Assembly (NCBI RefSeq): GCF_029051885.1
Contig: NZ_JAIDKI010000037.1
Span: forward strand, 2,456 to 66,455
Reading direction: 5' to 3'
From: Muribaculum sp.
Lineage (GTDB): Bacteria; Bacteroidota; Bacteroidia; Bacteroidales; Muribaculaceae
Length of the DNA: 64,000 nucleotides
The position numbers were made by a program, and so were the translations under genes. Below, in pieces: positions 59,301 through 64,000 of this stretch; positions within the stretch are counted from its first letter, which is position 1; every line of letters starts with the position of its first letter. The notes beneath the pieces were generated by a model. The model searched no databases, was not told the origin of the DNA, and saw nothing but the letters and a program-made list of their open reading frames with translations.

Positions 59301-59701
59301 CCTACAACGACCTTACAGCCATGCCGCGTGAGTTCAAAAACCGTTGGGTAAACCCCGGCGACGAGAAATTCACCGACATTCCCGTAATCGCATCAAAGGT
59401 CCAGACCCACAACGACCCCTACCTCAACTATGCGTTCAACGCCTACAACTACTCGACCGCACGCATAGCCAAAGGCGACTTCATCCGCATGAAGGACATC
59501 TCAATCAGCTACGACGTCCCCACTTCGTTCATGCAGAAACTCCGCATGCGCTCGGCATCGTTCAAGCTCGCAGCCACCAACCTCTTCCTCATCTACTCCG
59601 ACAAGAAGCTCAACGGACAGGACCCCGAGTTCTTCAACTCCGGAGGTGTGGCTACCCCGACTCCCAAGCAGTTCACATTCACCGTGCGTCTCGGATTCTA
59701 A
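56372..59701 (+). CDS. SusC/RagA-family TonB-dependent transporter (no STN domain)
   Basis: Start moved from track start 56315 to ATG 56372 (MEKRIMLLLVTLCACIGMWAQ). CarboxypepD_reg-like segment VRVTGVVYSAEDDEPLIGATVAVKGKAAIATSTDLDGNF. TonB box/plug GEVVVTGMSKMDKRLFTG. C-terminal TVRLGF. Confidence 0.95.
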   Translation: MEKRIMLLLVTLCACIGMWAQVRVTGVVYSAEDDEPLIGATVAVKGKAAIATSTDLDGNFTLSVPSAGSTLVVTYVGMKPTEVKASSSPLKIKLESNAQQLGEVVVTGMSKMDKRLFTGATTKIDAEDARLSGVSDISRSLEGRAAGVSVQNVSGTFGTAPKIRVRGATSIYGNSKPLWVVDGVVLEDAVEVSADDLSSGDATTLISSAIAGLNADDIESFQILKDGSATSIYGARAMAGVIVVTTKKGKAGTTTLNYTGEFTYRMKPRYGDFNIMNSQEQMGVYKEMLEKGWLELSSLTKASESGVFGKMYQLINKYDPATGSFGLPNTQEAQYNYLRQAEFRNTDWFDELFQNNIMQNHAVSMSGGTDKGRFYSSISVMNDPGWTISSKVQRYTFNGNASYDLSPTVRVSLLTSDSYRKQTAPGTLSQETDVVSGQVKRGFDINPYSYALNTSRTLDADEYYTRNYASFNIKDELENNYIELGVTDLKFQGELNWRPFQGLDLTALGSYRYQRSTSEHFVKDNSNQANAYRAGIIPEDATIRDANKYLYTNPDDPNALPETILPQGGIYFNNAYSISQLDFRFNAQYNTTINRDHIINAMVGTEVAKTDRNAVSFQGWGFCYENGNIPFVDYNLFKQQVEEGSTYYSNQWTYRRSAAFFGTATYSYAARYIITGTARYEGTNKLGKARKSRWLPTWNVSGAWNAHEEPFWEALMPTISHATLKGSYSLTADSGPDYVSNATAIFNPYNPWRPSSSVKELGIELESIANGELTYEKKHELNIGVDLGFFNNRVNFVFDWYRRNNYDLIGTIFTQGVGGENQKYGNVAEMASHGVEFTVSTRNFQGRDFSWSTDLTFAYAKNKITNLDAQSRVIDLITGNGYPMEGYPVRALFSIPFMGLNDEGLPTFINENGELTTSDFNFQEFEKMDHLVYEGPTDPTITGGFGNVFRWRNWHANVFITYSFGNKIRLDPVFAESYNDLTAMPREFKNRWVNPGDEKFTDIPVIASKVQTHNDPYLNYAFNAYNYSTARIAKGDFIRMKDISISYDVPTSFMQKLRMRSASFKLAATNLFLIYSDKKLNGQDPEFFNSGGVATPTPKQFTFTVRLGF

Positions 59702-59722
59702 TCCATCAAAATTCTTAAGACA

Positions 59723-61435
59723 ATGCAACTCAAGAATCTAAAATATATACCCCTGGCAGGAATCCTCGTGGCCCTCACCGGTTGCGACGACTTCCTCGAC
59801 CACACGCCCGACAACCGCGTGACCATATCCACACCCACGCAGGTCACCCAGCTGCTGGTCAACGCCTACTCCGACGGCAACCACGCCACCATCTGCGAGC
59901 TCTCATCCGACAACATCGTCGACAACACCTCGCCCGATGAAAACGGTGTGCGCTACAACCTCAGCGGAAACTCCAACTACGCTCCCGCCGACGACGAGGC
60001 TTTCGCATGGGAAGAAATCAAGAGCGGTATCCAGCAGGACACCCCCTCCCATATATGGGCCGGCGCCTACCACGCAATCGCTGTCTGCAACTACGCCCTC
60101 CAGGCCATCGAGCAGCTCGAGGCAGAGGGCCGTGGCTCTGAAGTGGAAGCTCAGAAGGGAGAGGCTCTCGTAAGCCGCGCTTACCACCACTTCCTCCTCG
60201 CCAACCTCTTCTGTCTCCCCTATGCGGGAGCAGAGGCTTCAAAGTCAATCCCCGGCATCCCCTACATGATTGATGTCGAGAAAGAACTCAAGCCCGAGTA
60301 CGACCGCGGAAACCTCGCCGACGTATACGACCGCATCGAGCAGGACCTCGTTGAAGGACTCCCCCTCGTCAACGACAACCTCCATCCCCTCGCTCCCAAA
60401 TACCACTTTACAATAGCATCCGCCCACGCTTTCGCCGCACGCTTCTACCTCTTCGCACGCAAGTACGACCTCGCCGAGAAGCATGCCACAATAGCCCTCG
60501 GCGATGCAGGAGCACCCTCCTCGATGCGCAATTTCTGGACTAAGACCTTCACCACAGCCGATGCGCTTACCCAGGCATATATCGACCCCTCCGACCCCGG
60601 CAACCTCATGCTCATGGCCACTTCATCGATATACTACCGCGTTGTTGGACTTAAATACGCCCACAACCGCGAGGCCAAGAATGCCACCACCCACTCAGTG
60701 GGCCCGACTTGGACAAAGTACAACTTCCACCCCTGCATGAGCGGTAAGCTCTACTACCGCGGACAGAGTGAATACGGCTCTCTCTACGCGCCGATGTTCG
60801 AATTCTTCGAATACACCGACAAAATCGCAGGTATCGGCTACGTACACCACATCCGCCCCGAGTTTACCAAGGAAGAAGTGCTCCTCACCCGCGCCGAGGC
60901 CCGCATCTATATGCGCAAGATTACCGAGGCCGTGGCCGACCTCAGCGCATGGGACGCCAACCGCTGGAATAACCTTCCCGTAAGCGACAAGCCCGACTGC
61001 AAGCTCACACTCGAGGTAATCAACAAATTCTATGCCGATGAAGGCGACTCCAACGAGCTCCGCAAGAACGGAATCGTAAGCCCCGTAAACATCGACCAGG
61101 TGTGCACCCCCGCCAACGCCTCATGGAACTACGGCGCCGACATCCAGCACCTCGTTGAGTGCGTGCTCCACTTCCGCCGCCTCGAGCGTCTCGACATGGG
61201 CGACCGCTGGTTCGACATCCGCCGCAACGGTATCGAGATTACCCACAAGATCGGACGCTCGCGCGTAGAGCATCTCACACTCGGAGATCCCCGCCGCGCG
61301 TTCCAGATTCCCGCCGACGTGCTCTCTGCCGGATTCCCCGAAAACAACCGTCTGCCCATCTCCTCAGGAGGCTCCGACGCCGACGCCACTCTCTCTACCG
61401 AGAGCTACAAGAAGCCGATCTCCACACGTCCTTAA
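59723..61435 (+). CDS. SusD/RagB-family outer-membrane lipoprotein
   Basis: 570 aa with lipoprotein box LVALTGCDDF. Starts 21 nt after SusC. SusD-like segments (ALVSRAYHHFLLANLF and ERLDMGDRWFDIRRNG). Confidence 0.9.
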   Translation: MQLKNLKYIPLAGILVALTGCDDFLDHTPDNRVTISTPTQVTQLLVNAYSDGNHATICELSSDNIVDNTSPDENGVRYNLSGNSNYAPADDEAFAWEEIKSGIQQDTPSHIWAGAYHAIAVCNYALQAIEQLEAEGRGSEVEAQKGEALVSRAYHHFLLANLFCLPYAGAEASKSIPGIPYMIDVEKELKPEYDRGNLADVYDRIEQDLVEGLPLVNDNLHPLAPKYHFTIASAHAFAARFYLFARKYDLAEKHATIALGDAGAPSSMRNFWTKTFTTADALTQAYIDPSDPGNLMLMATSSIYYRVVGLKYAHNREAKNATTHSVGPTWTKYNFHPCMSGKLYYRGQSEYGSLYAPMFEFFEYTDKIAGIGYVHHIRPEFTKEEVLLTRAEARIYMRKITEAVADLSAWDANRWNNLPVSDKPDCKLTLEVINKFYADEGDSNELRKNGIVSPVNIDQVCTPANASWNYGADIQHLVECVLHFRRLERLDMGDRWFDIRRNGIEITHKIGRSRVEHLTLGDPRRAFQIPADVLSAGFPENNRLPISSGGSDADATLSTESYKKPISTRP

Positions 61436-61462
61436 TAACGACTATTTCAATCTGACATCACG

Positions 61463-62824
61463 ATGAAAAAATATATCATAGGTTCAGCCGTCTGCCTCGC
61501 CCTTGCCGGAGCGTTCACCTCCTGCAGCAGCGACGATGATCTCGACCCGGTGTCCATATTCCAGCCGGATCCCGATGTGCTCGACCCCACATCGCCTACC
61601 TACAAGTTCGACAAGTGGGTGAAGAAGAACTACCTCGACGAGTACAACATGACATTCACCTATCGCATGAAGTCACTCGCCACCGACCCCGACTACAATC
61701 TCGTACCCGCATCGCTCGACAAGTCAATGCAGCTCGCCGTGCTCACCAAATACCTCTGGTACGACGTATACGACCAGATTACCGGCAGCTCCGACTTCCT
61801 CCGCCAGTACGGGCCCAAGATGCTCCACATCATCGGCTCGTCGGCAGTCAACCCCTCTACCGGCACCGAAATCCTCGGTCTCGCCGAGGGTGGTCTGAAA
61901 GTCTCGCTCTTCGTGGTCAACAACCTCGACCCTGAGAATCCCAAGAAGCTCAATGCACTCTACTTCAAGACCATGCACCACGAGTTCTCCCACATCCTCC
62001 ACCAGACTAAGACCTACCCCAAAAGTTTCGACGAAATCAACGCCGCCAACTACGAGCCCAACACCTGGCAGGAACGTCTCTGCGGCCCCACATGTTCGCT
62101 CGGATTCACATCCCCCTACGCCTCTGGACAGGCTCGCGAGGACTTCGCCGAGACTTGCGCCAACTACATCGTGCGCACCCCCGACGAATGGGAGCTTACC
62201 CTCTGGCTCGCCGATCGCGGATGGGTAGAGATTGAAGACGGCATCGTCAGCAACGCCCTCTATAAGATGTGGGGCAACGGCGTGCACAAAGGCCTTGATG
62301 CCACAGGCACCGAAGATGCCGCAATGGGAAAATACGGATTCTGCTACTACTACTATCGTCCGGGCGACGAAGAGGCCGGACGAAAGACATATGTCGGTCA
62401 GGTTGCCGAGCGCGACGAAGTGTACTACCTCACCAATCTCGAGCTTACCATCGACGCTACAGGCTCATGCAACAACCCCGACTACGAGTATGTCAACGAC
62501 TACTTCTACCATATCGCCGGAGGCGGCAAGAAGTTCAATACTGTAGCTGAGTTTGAAAGCTGGCTCAAGACCAACTATACCGACAAAGGTATCAAACTGC
62601 ACCCCGCAGCAGCATCGGTCGATACCAACGATGGCGGCGACAATCTCGACGGCCGGGCCATCATCCTCGAAAAGGTGTCAATCGCCCGCCAGTGGTTTGC
62701 CTCCGCATGGGGCATCGACATGGACGCCCTCCGCGCCCTCGTTCAGGAGCGTCAGAGCGACATCGATATCGATGAGCTACTCCAGCAGATTGAAGATATC
62801 GACAAAGTCGAGGATGCAGAGTAA
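61463..62824 (+). CDS. Substrate-import-associated putative zinc metallohydrolase lipoprotein (HExxH; Peptidase_Mx1-like)
   Basis: 453 aa with lipoprotein box AGAFTSCSSDD. HExxH in FKTMHHEFSHILHQTKTYP. Its position directly after a SusC/SusD pair matches the known genomic context of this family. Confidence 0.75.
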   Translation: MKKYIIGSAVCLALAGAFTSCSSDDDLDPVSIFQPDPDVLDPTSPTYKFDKWVKKNYLDEYNMTFTYRMKSLATDPDYNLVPASLDKSMQLAVLTKYLWYDVYDQITGSSDFLRQYGPKMLHIIGSSAVNPSTGTEILGLAEGGLKVSLFVVNNLDPENPKKLNALYFKTMHHEFSHILHQTKTYPKSFDEINAANYEPNTWQERLCGPTCSLGFTSPYASGQAREDFAETCANYIVRTPDEWELTLWLADRGWVEIEDGIVSNALYKMWGNGVHKGLDATGTEDAAMGKYGFCYYYYRPGDEEAGRKTYVGQVAERDEVYYLTNLELTIDATGSCNNPDYEYVNDYFYHIAGGGKKFNTVAEFESWLKTNYTDKGIKLHPAAASVDTNDGGDNLDGRAIILEKVSIARQWFASAWGIDMDALRALVQERQSDIDIDELLQQIEDIDKVEDAE

Positions 62825-62880
62825 TCCACCTGCGCAATCCATATTAAGCAATCAACATCACAGATACTGATTACACTAAA

Positions 62881-64000
62881 ATGAAACTATACAGCAGATT
62901 CCTTACAGCCTCAGCACTGCTCGCAATAGCCGGACTTGCCGCCACTTCCTGCTCCAACAAGGAAGAAGACATATTCGACGACGCTGCAGCCGTACGTATG
63001 GACGCAGCTAAGACCGAGACAAAGGCGCTCCTCATAAGCGCGCCCAACGGCTGGGAACTATCATACTTCGCCGACAACGAGTGGGAACCCGGCTACGTGA
63101 TTCTCATGAAGTTCCACAACGACGAGTCGGTCGAAATGGCAGGCTCCAACGCTTGGGTGGCCAACGCATTCATGTCGCAGGACCGCTACGCCGTGCAGCA
63201 TGAGACATCGCTCTACAAGATGATCTCCGACGACGGACCCGTGCTTACCTTCGACACATTCAACCGCATGCTCCACATCTTCTCGGAGCCCTACAACCTC
63301 CCATCGCCCACATACAACCCCGACAACGTCCCCTTCCCCATCGGCCCGCAGGAAAAAAGCGCCGTCAGCGGAAAAGACTATGACGTAAACGAGTCGGGCT
63401 ACGGCCACAACGGCGACTACGAGTTTGTAGTGCTCTCAAAGTCGGAAAACGAGATAATACTCCGTGGCAAAAAGACCCGTATCACCATGCGTATGCGCCG
63501 CCTTGCCGACGATACCGACTGGGACACTTATTTCGCTACTGTCCACCGTCTCGCCGAGAATACTTTCTCCAACCGATTCGGCGACCTTAAGATAACTGTA
63601 GGCGGACATGAGCTCCACCTCAGCAACCTTACTTCAGGCGTAATGAGCATCCTTGCCGACGACGACGACCCCATCATGGAGACAGTAAAGGTACCTTTCA
63701 TCTACACTCCCGACGGAATCCGCCTCCGCGAGCCTTACAAAGGCTTCGAGGACCGTCTCCCCGACATCGCCATCCAGAACTTCGCATTCAACCCCGACGG
63801 CACACTCCGCTGCACCGACCGCGACGTAGAGTTCGCCCTCAACAGCTCATTTGCCGAAATATTCGGTATGCAATCGTTCTCCTGGAACATAGATTTCGAT
63901 GCCGCCGCCGGCACTGTAAAGACTCTTATCGACCAGACTGTAGCAGACTTTGCCGCAATATCGACATACCAGGGTCTACAGGCTCTGTATTTCAACTACA
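62881..64000 (+). CDS. DUF4302-family lipoprotein (partial; continues beyond the window)
   Basis: Absent from the ORF track because it is open at the window edge. Hand translation from ATG 62881 gives MKLYSRFLTASALLAIAGLAATSCSNKEEDIFDDAAAVRMDAAKTETKALLISAPNGWELSYF..., with no stop through base 64000 (373 codons). The lipoprotein box and N-terminal pattern resemble DUF4302 proteins that follow SusCD/metallohydrolase genes. Confidence 0.7.
   Translation, partial: MKLYSRFLTASALLAIAGLAATSCSNKEEDIFDDAAAVRMDAAKTETKALLISAPNGWELSYFADNEWEPGYVILMKFHNDESVEMAGSNAWVANAFMSQDRYAVQHETSLYKMISDDGPVLTFDTFNRMLHIFSEPYNLPSPTYNPDNVPFPIGPQEKSAVSGKDYDVNESGYGHNGDYEFVVLSKSENEIILRGKKTRITMRMRRLADDTDWDTYFATVHRLAENTFSNRFGDLKITVGGHELHLSNLTSGVMSILADDDDPIMETVKVPFIYTPDGIRLREPYKGFEDRLPDIAIQNFAFNPDGTLRCTDRDVEFALNSSFAEIFGMQSFSWNIDFDAAAGTVKTLIDQTVADFAAISTYQGLQALYFNY

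Overview
This is a 64-kb chromosomal segment of a Bacteroidota genome that looks Bacteroidales-like. The type IX secretion (T9SS) tails argue against the genus Bacteroides itself. Hand counts on sampled lines give about 58-62% GC, except for one block of about 10 kb at 42.9-53.1 kb with about 38-50% GC. I recognised no rRNA, tRNA, CRISPR array, transposase or integrase.

Content from left to right:
- A GH3 glycosidase on the minus strand. It is partial and absent from the ORF track.
- Five co-oriented secreted proteins that all end in a T9SS C-terminal sorting tail: a multidomain CE8 pectin methylesterase, two tandem PL1 pectate lyases, a 1444-aa adhesin-like protein with two choice-of-anchor-J/cleaved-adhesin-like domains, and a 471-aa CBM-like protein.
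- An orphan M15 peptidase.
- A housekeeping block on the minus strand (CNNM/CorC-type transporter, lptC, outer-membrane beta-barrel, coaX, small membrane protein, FtsB-like), followed by a T9SS-tailed M6 (InhA-like) metalloprotease.
- Polysaccharide utilisation locus (PUL) 1: ECF sigma, FecR anti-sigma, SusC with an N-terminal STN signalling domain, SusD, SusE-like protein, DUF4832-like lipoprotein, a 950-bp AT-rich gap, LacZ-type GH2 and GH28.
- A second Sus-like locus whose enzymes are phosphodiesterases rather than CAZymes: STN-SusC, SusD, an endonuclease/exonuclease/phosphatase (EEP) hydrolase, two glycerophosphodiester phosphodiesterase (GDPD) enzymes and a UhpC/GlpT-type MFS, with a divergent ECF sigma plus FecR.
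- argS and a BI-1/YccA membrane protein.
- A third SusC/SusD pair followed by an HExxH zinc-metallohydrolase lipoprotein and a DUF4302 lipoprotein. The last gene runs off the window and is also absent from the ORF track.

Best follow-up candidates:
1. The SusCD-coupled phosphodiesterase locus, which lies in a compositionally foreign island. It is a candidate system for scavenging organophosphate or teichoic-acid-type polymers.
2. The T9SS-exported pectinolytic island, which has no SusCD of its own.
3. A MITE-like (miniature inverted-repeat transposable element) palindromic element present twice in inverted orientation, each time inserted at the TA of a stop codon.
4. Several noncoding units delimited by a promoter motif and a terminator, and a structured leader upstream of an ECF sigma gene.

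All homology statements come from motif recognition by eye, not from database searches. Coordinates of small features were hand-counted and may be off by 1-2 nt.
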